Assembly (NCBI RefSeq): GCF_004010195.1 | Contig: NC_057752.1 | Coordinates: forward strand, 14,934,203 to 14,966,442 | Length of the DNA: 32,240 nt | Direction: 5' to 3' | Source: Chiloscyllium plagiosum | Lineage: Eukaryota | Part shown: piece after piece, positions 11,792 through 22,781 of the stretch | How positions within the stretch are numbered: the stretch's first letter is position 1 | How the letters are laid out: every line of letters begins with the position of its first letter | The notes under the pieces: model-generated | The model's input: only the letters and a program-made list of their open reading frames with translations | What the model was told of the DNA's origin: nothing | The model's database searches: none | Position numbers and translations under genes: made by a program

Positions 11792-12349
11792 TGGCTAAGA
11801 AGTTGCCAGTTGAGTCTGTGGTTCATAGTTATGTTCCCAGTACAAAACTCAAGGGTTGCCACTGTAAAAGCCAACCTAAGAAAGTCAGTAAAGCTGAATA
11901 ACTGCTTAAAAAGAACAAAATCCTTCAAGTTAATTGGCTAAACAATTGCTAACTCAAAGCTAATCTTACTTACAAGCTTGTGATCAGGGCCATGCTTTAT
12001 ATTAAGTGAACAAGCAAAATGCTGTTTTAATTTCATGCAATTGGAGGATTTTTAGTGATTTGTGGAATGTGGTTCCAGTTTGAATTACCTTGCTATGAGA
12101 ATTCTCTCAGCATTGGCTATGATGTGAGAACAAATGGTCACTTTGAGAATGTAAGTGTGCCATGACTGGTTACAACTTCAGATGAATAAATCTACTACTT
12201 GTTGGGGAAAGATATACAAACAAAATACTTTATTATCTAGTCACTGATCTAGAAAGCAACGAAGAGTTATGAGTACCGAAAACATGCAGTTTCACTTCGA
12301 GGAACACAATACCATCACCCCCACCCTTTCATTCAGGAATCATTATTTT

Positions 12350-12439
12350 TAACAAAAACAGAAATTGTTAGATAAACACAGCAGGTCTAGCAACATCTAT
12401 GGTGAGAAAGAAGAGGTATCATTTTGAGTCCAATGACTC
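12350..12439 (-). repeat. Diverged PLE family C-like terminal fragment
   Basis: aacaaaaacagaaattgttagataaacacagcaggtctagcaacatctatgg...gagtccaatgactc (remnant of the stem II hairpin). Confidence 0.5.
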
Positions 12440-12588
12440 GACAGTTGTTTTGTTTGTTTTTTTTAATGAGTTAAGGGTATCAATGGATGTGGATCAAAGG
12501 GGGAGAAGTGGAGTTGAGGCAGGGATGGAAATCATGGACTCCAGTGGTATTCTCAGCACCTGACTCATGCACAGTGGGCCCCAGAGTC

Positions 12589-14122
12589 AAAACCCTACGC
12601 AGAGTCAACCCACGTAAGGCTGCTAGACCAGATAACATCCCTGACAGAGTGCTCAAAGGATGCTCTTACGTACTGGTGGATGTTCTCCTAGACATCTTCA
12701 ACATCTCCCTGAGCTGCACCATAGTTCTAACGTGCTTCAAGGCCGCTACCGTTGTCCCCGTGCCGAAGAAGTCTTCAGTGTCCTGTCTCAACGACTACCG
12801 CCCCATTGCGCTAACACCCATCATCATGAAGTGTTTTGAGAGGCTTGTGATGAGGCATATTAAGACCCTGCAGTTCACATCTCGTCCAAACCGCTCAACA
12901 GATGATGCCATTTCCAACACCCTCAAGCTGGCCCTCACCCACCTGGAGAAGAAGGACCCCCATGTCAGACTACTGTTCATAGACTTCAGTTCTGCATTTA
13001 ACACTGTCATTCCTCAGCACCTGGTTGGAAAGCTGAGTCTGCTGGGCCCAAATACCACCCTTTGTAACTGGATCCTGGACTTCCTGACTGGGAGACCTGT
13101 TAGTCTGGATTGGGATCAGCATCTCCAACACCATCACACTGAGCACGGGGGCCCCCAGGGCTGTGTGCTCAGTACACTGCTGTTCACCCTGCTGAGACAC
13201 AACTGTGCAGCAATGCACAGGTTGAATCACATCATCAAGTTCGCTGATAATATGACTGTAGTGGGTCTCATCAGCACGACCAATGAGTCAGCATATAGAG
13301 AGGAGCTGCAACTGCTAACAGACTGGTGCAGAGCCATCTGAATGTGGACAAGATGAAAGAGATGGTTGTTGACTTCAGGAGCGACCATTCTCCACTGGGC
13401 ATTGGCTTTCCTGTGGAGATGGTGAACAGCACGAAATCTTTTGGCGTCCACCTGGCAGAGAATCTCACCTGGACCGTCAACACCAGCTCCATAGCCAAGA
13501 AATCCCAGCAATATCTGTACTTTCTGCACAGGCTGAGGAACGCCCACATTCCCCCCCCCCACCACTTCCCAACCTCTCTGCATCTTACAGAGGGTTTATT
13601 GAGAGTGCCCTGAGCTGCTGCATCACTGCCTGGTTCAGGAATTGCCCTACAACGGATAGTAAGGGCAGCTGAGAGGATCAATGGGGTCTCTCTTCCCACC
13701 ATTACAGGCATTTACTCCACACATTTCATCCGAAAGGCTAACAGCATTGTAGAAGACCCCACACATCCCTCACTGAAAGTCTTCTCCCTCCTGCTGTCTG
13801 GCAGAAGATACTGGAGCATTCGATCTCTCACGGCCAGACTGTGCAACAGTTTCTTCCCCCAAGCCATCGGGCTGCTTAATACTGTATGATCAGACTCTTT
13901 TTCCATCTGGAACTCTTTGCACGACTTTGAATTGCTGCTAGAAAAATGTCTATTGTTTATCGTTTTTCTACTGTACTGTAACTTGCGTGTTTTGCACTTC
14001 TTATGCAGTGTACGGTTGTGTAGTTAATGCCGTCCATGTAGCACCCTCGGTCCTGGAGGAAGGCTGTCTCATTTTTAATCTATCAGTTGTATACGGTAAA
14101 AATGACAAATAAAAAAGCTACT
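12589..14122 (+). mobile_element. Rex1/Babar non-LTR retrotransposon, 5'-truncated RT and 3' UTR
   Basis: [70 protein letters not shown]; 3' end gacaaataaaaaagctact; candidate TSD cagagtc at 12582-12588 and 14123-14129. Confidence 0.9.
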
Positions 14123-14356
14123 CAGAGTCTCAGTCCCTGATAATTGATGCATGCCCTATCCTGTGCCCTGGTTTGAGGCACAAATTAGCCATGGTGTCAT
14201 TGAACAGTAGAGTGTATTTGGGCTGGATGGTCTCTTTCTGTCCCTATTACTCTAATGGTAATCAACACAACGCAGTGTTGCTAATAGGAATGATTTGCAG
14301 AGACTTTCTATTCATGTTATGCTAGTCCTTTTAAAGAGGACTATCCAAAGCATTTG

Positions 14357-14672
14357 GGGCGGCACGGTGGCTTAGTGGTTAGCACTGCAGCCTCACAGCA
14401 CCAGGGTCCCAGGTTCGATTCCAGCCTCGGATGACTGACTGTGTGGAGTTTGCACATTCTCACTGTGTCTGCATGGGTTTCCTCCGGGTGCTCCGCTTTC
14501 CTCCCACAGTCCAAAGGCATGCAGATCAGGTGAATTGGCCATGCTAAATTGTCCATCGTGTTAGGTGCATTAGTCAGAGGGAAATGGGATTGGGTGTGTT
14601 ACTCTTCGCAGGGTCGGAGTGGACTGATTGGGCTGAAGGGCCTGTTTCCACACTGTACGGAGTCTAAAAAAA
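14357..14672 (+). mobile_element. HE1-type V-SINE, full length
   Basis: A box TGGCTTAGTGG, B box GGTTCGATTCC, V-domain, HER1-like tail and A-run. Confidence 0.88.
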
Positions 14673-15084
14673 TGTGTGTGGAGAAAAAACAGCGCTTTGC
14701 TTGGAGCAGCATCAGCAACCATGAGGTGGGGAGGGACGCAGCAACCTGTGAATCTAGCATGGTGCAGGTTTGGGCCTCGTCTTTACAAGGCACTTAGCTT
14801 AGAACAGCAGCAAAAGGCGGGGAGGAAGACAATAAGCTGCAGGAACACTTCAGTGTGGCTCCGATCGACATCATAACTTCAAAAAGTGGCATAAGCTCTA
14901 GATTGGTGTAGACTGGTCACCTGACAATTGCTGGTTAACCCTTTCTTTTATCATGCAGATTTAAAGCAGTGGGAACTTAGTTGCAGTTAACCTTTTCATA
15001 ACCTTAGTGATAGAGTAGGAAGTCCAACAAAATAAGACTAATAATTCTAGTCTAAGACATTTAATTGTAAGTTCAAGAGACGTC

Positions 15085-15605
15085 AGGAGAGGCCAGCCGA
15101 GCGGAATGTGCAACTTGTCACGTGGGGAATCCTGGACACTGTCAATGCCTGAGATGACCACACGTGCAGGAGGTGTTCTCAGCTGGAGCTCCAGGTCTCT
15201 GTACCTGAGCAGTGGTTGGAGACACTGTGGCACATCTACAAGGCTGAGAGTGACATGGATAGCATGTTTAGAGAGGTGGTCACACTACAGCTCAAGGGAC
15301 TAGAGGGAAGAAGGCAATGTTTGTAAATGACACAAAATTTTAAAGAATTGTAAACTCTGAGGTGAATCGTATGGAACTCCAAAAGGACTTAAACAAGTTG
15401 GTGCATTGGGCGGATAGCTGGCACATGATATTCAATGTAGAGAACTGTGAAGCGATGATTTTCATTGGAAGAATGCTGAAAGACAATAGAATTGCAACTC
15501 TTATATACAAAGGGGATACAGGAGCAGAGGGACCTTTATGTACGTGTGCAAAGATCATTGAAGGTGGCACGACAGGTGGACAGAGCAGTTAATAAAGCAT
15601 ACAGT
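15085..15605 (+). mobile_element. Old CR1 fragments: ORF1 N-terminus (about 15085-15320) joined to an RT segment (about 15320-15605)
   Basis: DHTCRRCSQLELQVSVPEQWLETLWHIYKAESDMDSMFREVVT; then ELQKDLNKLVHWADSWHMIFNVENC. Confidence 0.65.
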
Positions 15606-15951
15606 GTCATAGAACATAGCAGGACAGCACAAAACAGGCCCTTCAGCCCTTGATGTTGTGCTGACCTTTTATCCTACTCTGAGGTCAAGCTAACCTACAT
15701 ACCCTACATACCGTTCATTTCACCTATCATCCAAGTGCCTAGCCAAGAGTTGCTTCAATGTCCTGAATGTATCTTACTCTACTATCACCGGTGGCAGTGT
15801 ATTCCATGCACCTGCCACTCTCTGTGTAAAGAGCTAACCTCTGACATCTCCCCTAAACCTTCCTCCAATCACATTAAAATCATGCCCGCCCCTGCTATGA
15901 TAGCCATTTCCACCCTGGGGGAAAAAAGTCTCTGGCTCTCCACTCTATCTA
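15606..15951 (-). mobile_element. HER1/CR1 3' end
   Basis: catagaacatag tail and IDRVESQRLFSPRVEM on the minus strand; similar to 4549-4860. Confidence 0.8.
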
Positions 15952-16293
15952 TGCTGTGGTTCTGTTCGCCGAGCTGGAAGTTTTTGTTGCAAACGTTTCG
16001 TCCCCTGTCTAGNCTTCCGGTTGTCAGTTTCAGCTGTCTGCTGTAGTGGCCGGTATATTGGGTCCAGGTCGATGTGTTTGTTGATGGAGTTTGTGGATGA
16101 GTGCCATGCATCTAGGAATTCCCTGGCTGTTCTCTGTTTGGCTTGCCCTGTAATGGTAGTGTTGTCCCAGTCAAATTCATGTTGCTTGTCGTCTGCGTGT
16201 GTGGCTACTAGGGATAGTTGATGTTCGTGGATGCGGATCGTTAGCTGTCTTATGTAGTGTATTGTGCAGTCCTTGCATGGGATTTTGTACACT
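15952..16293 (-). mobile_element. Penelope/Poseidon-type PLE: GIY-YIG endonuclease C-terminus and 3' pLTR (family A)
   Basis: YKIPCKDCTIHYIRQ..RIHEHQ..SLVATHADDKQHEFDWDNT...AREFLDAWH, followed by the ...AGGGGAC-GAAA-CG-TT-TGC hammerhead half (rest lost at the N at 16013). Confidence 0.85.
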
Positions 16294-17019
16294 NNNNNNN
16301 NNNNNNNNNNNNNNNNNNNNNNNNNNNNNNNNNNNNNNNNNNNNNNNNNNNNNNNNNNNNNNNNNNNNNNNNNNNNNNNNNNNNNNNNNNNNNNNNNNNN
16401 NNNNNNNNNNNNNNNNNNNNNNNNNNNNNNNNNNNNNNNNNNNNNNNNNNNNNNNNNNNNNNNNNNNNNNNNNNNNNNNNNNNNNNNNNNNNNNNNNNNN
16501 NNNNNNNNNNNNNNNNNNNNNNNNNNNNNNNNNNNNNNNNNNNNNNNNNNNNNNNNNNNNNNNNNNNNNNNNNNNNNNNNNNNNNNNNNNNNNNNNNNNN
16601 NNNNNNNNNNNNNNNNNNNNNNNNNNNNNNNNNNNNNNNNNNNNNNNNNNNNNNNNNNNNNNNNNNNNNNNNNNNNNNNNNNNNNNNNNNNNNNNNNNNN
16701 NNNNNNNNNNNNNNNNNNNNNNNNNNNNNNNNNNNNNNNNNNNNNNNNNNNNNNNNNNNNNNNNNNNNNNNNNNNNNNNNNNNNNNNNNNNNNCCAGGCC
16801 GACCAAACACTCCATCCATGCTAATCCCGTTTCCCTGCACTTGGCCCAAACCTTTCCTATCCATGGAAATGTCCAAATGCATTTTTTAAATGTCGTTAAT
16901 GTACTCTTCTCAACCACTTGTATTGGCAGCTCATTCCGTATGCGGACCACCCTTTGCATAAAAGAAAAGTTGCCTCTCGGGTTCCCTTTTATTCTTTCCC
17001 CTCTAACCTTAAACTGATT

Positions 17020-17556
17020 ACAGAATCATACAATCCCTACAGTGTGGAAATAGGCCATTAGGCCCAACAAGTCCACACCGACCCTCAGAGTATCCCACCT
17101 CGGCCCATTTCATACCACTCTACATTTACCCATGACTAATGCACCTGACCTACACTTCCCTGCATATTGTGGGCAATTTAGCATGGCCAATTCACCTAAC
17201 CTGCACATCTTTGGATTGTGGGAGGAAACCAGAGTGCCAGAGACCCGGGTTCAATTCCCGCCTCAGGCGACTGACTGTGTGGAGTTTGCAAGATGTGCAG
17301 GTCAGGTGAATTGGCCATGCTAAATTGCCCATAGTGTTAGGTAAAAGGGGTATGGGTGGGTTGCGCTTCGGCGGGTCGGTGTAGACTTGTTGGGCCGAAG
17401 GGCCTGTTTCCACACTGCATGTAATCTAATCTAATCACACAGACACAGGGAGAATGTGCAAACTCCACACAGACAGTCACCTGAGGCTGGAATTGAACCC
17501 AGATCCCTTGTGCTGTGACGTAGCAGTGCTAACTGCTGAGCCACCATGCCACCCCG
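17020..17556 (-). mobile_element. HE1-type SINE (outer copy)
   Basis: Tail at 17020-17100, V-domain, and tRNA head ggggtggcatggtggctcagcagttagcac ending near 17556. Confidence 0.8.
17236..17435 (+). mobile_element. HE1-type SINE (inner, opposite orientation, 5'-truncated, internally deleted)
   Basis: gacccgggttcaattcccgcctcaggcg...gggccgaagggcctgtttccacactg-taatctaatctaatc, lying inside the outer copy. Confidence 0.8.
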
Positions 17557-18423
17557 CCTCTTGTCCTTGATTCCCCAACCCTGGGAAAACGACTGAATGC
17601 ATTCAACCTATACATGTCTCCCATGATCTTATACACTTCGATAACATCCCGCCTAAGCCTTCTACACTCTAAAGAAAAAAGTCCTAGTTTGTCCAACTTC
17701 TCCCAATAACTTAGTTCCTTGAGTCCTGGCAACAGCCTTTAAATTTCTTTGGCATTCTTTCCAGTTTAATAACATCCTTCCTATAGCAAGGTGACAAAAA
17801 CTGAACACAATACTCTAAGTATGACCTCGCCAACATCCTGTACAACTGCAACATAACTTCCCAATTTCTCTTCTCAGTGCCCTGACTGATGAAAGGTGTG
17901 CTAAAAGCCTCCTTCACTGCCCTGTCTACCTGTGACTCCACTTTTAGAGAACCGTGCACCTGAACTCTGAAGTCCCTCTGTTCAACGACACTCCTTAAGG
18001 CTCTACCATTTACCATGAAACCCCTACCTTGATTTGACTTTCGAAAATGCATGTCCTCATACTTATCAATATTTAAGTCCATTTGCCATTTCTCGGCTCA
18101 CTTTCCCAGCTAATCAAGGTCCTGCTGCAATTTCTGACAACCTTCCTCACTGTCCACGATACTAATCATGCCTTGTACGTTTTCATCCAAATCAATGATA
18201 TAGATAGCAAACAACAATGGACCCAACACCGACCCCTGAGGCACTCCACCAGTCACAGGCCTCCAGTGGAAAAATGAAGTGTGTTTTGCTTCATATCAAA
18301 TAATTTGACCAATCAAATTGCATTGGATTGCAACACCTTGCACTTCTCTTTAAAATAAGAAAACATTAGGGTCTAGATTATCTTCTGAATATATTTTGAG
18401 GGGGTTTGGTCGGGTGCATAACA

Positions 18424-19112
18424 GGAGGAGTAATGATTCATTAGTGGAGGGATGATGGTACGTGATAACCAGCAGGAGGTTTCCTTGCCCGTGGTCAGGG
18501 TCAATGTTCAGGACTCCCAGGGAAGTTTCCTCCTGATTGCATATCACATTGCCACCACCTCAGTTGAGTCTGTCCTGCCAGTGGGACAGGACATATCCAG
18601 GGATGGTGGTGGTGGTGTCTGGAAGGTGTGATTCTGTGTGTGTGACTTTGTCAGGCTTTTGATTGACTAGGTTGTGAGACAGCTCTCCAGTTTCGCACTC
18701 GCCCCAAATGTTAGTAAGAATGACTTGCAAGGTGGACAGGACTGTTTCTGCTATTGTGTTTTCCAGTGCCTGAGCCAATGCCAAGTGGTCCATTCGGTTT
18801 CATTTCTTTGTTGAGACTTCACAGTGATTGATACAACTGAATAACTTACTGGGCGATTTCAGAGGGCAGTTGTTCATCAACCATATTGTTGTGGGTCTGG
18901 AATCACATGTAGGCCAGACCAGGTGAGGATGGCAGATTTCCTTTTCTGAAGGACATGAGTGAACCATAGGTTTTTCCAACAATTGACGGTGATTTCATGG
19001 TCATCAGTCGAATCTTAACTCCAGATTTTTCAAAATTGAATTTGAATTCCACCATCTGCCCAGATCACAGAACTAATAGTCCTGCAATAATACAACTAGG
19101 CCATTGCCTCCC
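18424..19112 (-). mobile_element. tRNA-headed Deu-like SINE sequence fused 5' of a LINE AP-endonuclease N-terminus
   Basis: Minus strand starts gggaggcaatggcctagttgtattatt (A-box-like), continues ggttcactcatgtccttcagaaaaggaaatctgccatcctcacctggtctggcctacatgtga, then KPDKVTHTESHL..IPGYVLSHWQDR..GGG..LLVITYHHP. Confidence 0.55.
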
Positions 19113-19117
19113 TATTA

Positions 19118-19550
19118 AATGATGAGGAACCTCAGTTACGTGGACAGATTGGGGAAGCTGGAAATGTTGTCCTTGGAGGAGATAAGGTTGAGAGGAAATT
19201 TGATCCAAGTGCTATAAGGCGTCTGGACAGAATAGATACGAAGGAACTATTTCCATGTGTAGAATGATCAAGAACCAGAGAACATAGTCTGAGGGTGATT
19301 GGAAAAAAAAAGCAAAGATAACATAAGAATAAACGGTTTCATACAGCAACTGATGAGAATCTGGAAAGCACTGTCTGAACGTTTGGTCGAGGCTGGTTCA
19401 ATTGAGGAGTTCAAAAAGGAGTTTGATAACTACCGTTAGGGCTACAGAGAACAGGCAAAAGGGTACTTGTAAAAATCCGATTGCAAAACGTCAGCAAGGA
19501 TGTCACAGCTGATTGGTGTCCGTCCATGTTGAAACCCATTGTATAATTCC
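19118..19550 (+). mobile_element. Old CR1 3' end fragment
   Basis: SYVDRLGKLEMLSLEEIRLRGNLIQV motif and downstream 3' region. Confidence 0.65.
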
Positions 19551-19828
19551 TTCAGTTTGAGCAAGGTAATTTGTAAGAAGTGAGGAATTGCCATAATCTA
19601 AGGTTTACTACTTATGCCATGTCGATTCAGTTATTCATAGCATCATAGAATCCCGATAGTGTGGATGCACACTATTTGGCCCATCAGTTACATACCACCC
19701 TCTGAACAGCATCTCAGACACACCCACCCTATCCCTGTAATCCTGAATTTCTCATGGCTAATCCACTGAGCCAAGAGTGTGCTGCTGGAAAAGCACAGCC
19801 GGTCAGGCAGCATCTGAGGAGCAGGAGA

Positions 19829-19862
19829 ATCAACGTTTCGAGCATAAGCCCTTCATCAGGAA
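19829..19862 (-). ncRNA. Minimal hammerhead ribozyme motif (family B), GUU triplet
   Basis: TTC-CTGATGA-A-GGGC(TTAT)GCTC-GAAA-CG-TT-GA. Confidence 0.75.
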
Positions 19863-22004
19863 TGAGGCTTGTGGGCCAAGGGGGGGGGGGGGGGAGAAGG
19901 GAGCTGAACGTAGGGGTGAAGGTGATAGGTCGGAGAGGAGGGTGGAGTGACTAGATGGGAAGAAAGATGGTCAGGTAGAACAGATCAAGAGGGTGGTGCC
20001 GAGTTGGAAGGCTGGATCTGGGATCAGGTGGGGGGAGGGGAAATGAGGAAACTGGGTGAAATCCACATTGACCCTGCGTGGTTGAAGTGTCCCAAGACGG
20101 AAGATGAGGCGTTCTTCCTCCAGGTGTCGGGTGGTTAGTGATTGTCGATGGAGGAGGCCCAGGACCTGCAGGTCCTAGGGGGAGTGAGAGACTGTGTTAA
20201 AGTGTTCACCTACAGGACGGTGGGGTTGTTCCATGTGTGTGTCCTGGAGATGTTCTCTGAAACATTCCGCAAGTAGGTATCCTTTCTCCCCAGTGGAGAG
20301 GAGACCGCATTGGGAGCAACAGATACAATAAATGGCATGTGTGGAAGTACAGGTAAATCTCTGGACGTGGAAGGAGCCTTTGGGGCTTTGCTTGGAGGTG
20401 AGGGGCATTTTGCAATTCTTGCGGTGGCGGGGGGGGGGAGGTGGTTGGGGAGGGCAGGTGTGGGTCTGACAAGGGAGTCCTGGAGGGATTGGTCTTTACG
20501 GAACACAGATAAGGGTGGGGACGGAAATATATCCCTGGTGGTGGGGTCTGTTTGTAGATGGCAGAAATGGCGGAGGATCATGCAATGTATCTGGAGTTTG
20601 GTGAGGTGGAAGGTGAGGACCAAGGGGGTTCTGTCCTTGTTGCGGTTGGAGGGATGCGGTTCAAGGGCGGAGGTGCGGGAAGTAGAGGAGATGTAGTTAA
20701 AGATGCCCTCCAGCACGTGGGAGGGAAAATTATGGTCTTTGTAGAAGGAGGCCATCTTGTATGTTCTGAGATAGAATTGGTCCTTCTGGGAGCAGATGCG
20801 GCAGAGATGGTGGAATTTGGAATAAGGGATAGCATTTTTACAGGAGACAGGATGGGAGGAGGTGTAATCCAGGAAGCTGTGGGAGCTGGTGGCTTTGTAG
20901 TGGATATCCATGCTGAGTCGATCACTGTTAATGGAGATGGGGAGGTCCAGGAAGGGGAGAGAGGTGCCCGCGATGGTCCAGGTGAATTTGAGGTCAGGGT
21001 GGAAGGTAACGGTGAAGTTGATGAACTGTTCAATCTCCCCGTGGAAACACAAGGTTGCGCCAATATAGTCCTTGATGTAGCAGAGGAAAAGGTGGGGAAT
21101 GCTGCCGGTGTAACTGTGGACCTTTATGGAATGCAGATTGGGGTGTGGAGGGAAATTTATCCCTGGTGGTCAGATCTGTTTGTAGGTGGTCGAAATGTCT
21201 GAGGACGATGCAATGTAGATCGGGGTGGGGAGGGAAATACCCAGTGTCACCCACATCATTCCCCACCTTTCCTCTGTTACATCGATGGCTGTATTGCCGC
21301 ACCTCGTGCTCCCACGAGGAGATTCAACAGTTCATCAACTTCACCCCAACCTTAAGTTCCTGGACCATCATGCACACCTCCCTGTCTTTCCTGGACCTCT
21401 CCATCTTCATTAACGTTGACGGACTCAACACGGACATCCACTACAAACCCACCGACTCCCACAGCTACCTGGACTAAACTTGCTCGCAACCTGCCTCCTG
21501 TAAAAACGCTATCCCTTATTCCCAATTCCTCTGTTGCATCTGCTCCCAGGAGGACCAATTCCACCATAGAACACACCAGATGGGCGCCTTCTTCAAAGAC
21601 TGCAATTTCCCCTCCCATGTGGTCGATGATGCATCTCATCCACTTCCCACACATCTGCAACCGCAACAAGGACAAAACCCCCTGGTCCTCACCTTCCACC
21701 CCATTGCCTAACCCTTACCACCCGATGTCTGGAGGAAGAACGTCTCATTTTCTGCCTTGGGACCCTCCAACCACATGGAATCAACGTAGTTTTTGCCAGT
21801 TTCCTCATTTCCCCTACCCCCATTTTATCCAAGATCCAACCTTCCAACTCGGCATTGTTCTCTTGATCTGTCCTATCTGTCAATCTTCCATCTCACCTAT
21901 CCGCCCCACCTTTCTCTCCGACCTATCACCTTCTCCCCCACCTTCATTTACCTATCGTATTCTTCCCCTACCCCCCCCCTTATCTCTCAGCCTCACAAGC
22001 CTCA

Positions 22005-22038
22005 CTCCTGATGAAGAGCTTATGCTCGAAACGTCGAT
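22005..22038 (+). ncRNA. Minimal hammerhead ribozyme motif (family B), intact GUC triplet, sense to SPRYD3
   Basis: CTC-CTGATGA-A-GAGC(TTAT)GCTC-GAAA-CG-TC-GA. Confidence 0.8.
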
Positions 22039-22781
22039 TCTCCTGCCCTTCAGATGCTGCCTGACTGCTTGTGCTTTTCCAGCAGCACTCTCTCGACTCT
22101 GATCTCCAGCATCTGCAATCCTCACTTGCTCCTAATCCACTGAACCTGCACATCCCTGGACACTATGGGCAATTTAGCATGGTCAATCCACCTAACTTGC
22201 ACATCTTTGAACTGTGGGTGGAATCCGGAGCACCCATAGGAAATCCATACAGACACTGAAAAGTGCAAACTCCACACAGATATTGACCTGAGGATGGAAT
22301 CGAACCCGGGTTCCTGGCACTGTGAGGTCGCAGTGCTAACCACTGAGCTAACTGTTAACCTCATGAAATCTCCTCCAGAAGATTCCTGTGGATCTCATCC
22401 CAGGGCAGTGATAGGGGCAATACAGTTCGGCTGAGTTCCTCCAAACTAAGTAGTACATTCAACCTGGGTTCCTACTCACCTAACACTGTGCAAGAACCAA
22501 CCACTGGAAAGTGTGAATGCAGAGCAAGGGCAAGATCATGTCGATTATAATCTAGACTCACCTGTGAAAAATGGCCACTTCACTCAAAAAGAGGAGAACC
22601 TGTGGAACTGTAATCCAGAAGAGAAAGGGTTCTTGAAAGGGACATTATGAAAGCTTCCTATTTGAGGCTCTGCATTTTATCAAAGTTGCAAATAAATGGA
22701 ACCGGAACAATTGTGTTTAAATTTGCTGATTTTGTATCCTCAGTCAATTTTCCACTTTCTTCTTTCTTGGTTTGTCTCCAG

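Larger units (their letters stand above)
16795..18275 (-). mobile_element. CR1/HER1 3' half interrupted by nested SINEs
   Basis: RSVVEQRDFRVQVHGSLKVESQVDR, LEYCVQF, LGLFSLECRRLRRDVIEVYK; continues at 16795-17015. Confidence 0.85.
19770..22131. mobile_element. 2.36-kb inverted Neptune-type PLE: minus arm (RT C-terminus, GIY-YIG, pLTR) and plus arm (RT C-terminus, pLTR), 12-bp TSD
   Basis: FINF..FHPDLKFTW..LPFLDL..DIHYK..HSFLDYTSSHP..KNAIPYS; FTCTSTHAIYCICCSQCGLLSTGE..FREHL (decayed GIY-YIG); TSD ctaatccactga at 19758-19769 and 22132-22143. Confidence 0.9.
19635..22338 (-). mobile_element. HE1-type SINE split in two (19635-19769 tail; 22132-22338 body and head) by the PLE insertion
   Basis: SINE sequence is continuous across the duplicated ctaatccactga. 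Confidence 0.75.

Noticed and set aside
14336..14360. ag|GACTATCCAAAG reading DYPK, like the start of the next SPRYD3 exon
   Set aside because: It lies upstream of the identified exon, lacks a polypyrimidine tract, and runs straight into a SINE; chance match.
14357..14430. tRNA-like sequences with A and B boxes (also 1455-1527, 2862-2930, 17480-17556, 22285-22338)
   Set aside because: They are SINE heads continuous with V-domain and LINE-derived tails, not tRNA genes.
16177..17017. Long ORFs in the ORF track (also 23771-24598, 28303-28804)
   Set aside because: Their length comes from translating through N-gaps.
20558..21202. 214-aa plus-strand ORF and other antisense ORFs over TEs (10414-10944, 13271-13711, 24654-25064)
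   Set aside because: Shadow ORFs on the opposite strand of RT coding sequence, with no independent motifs.
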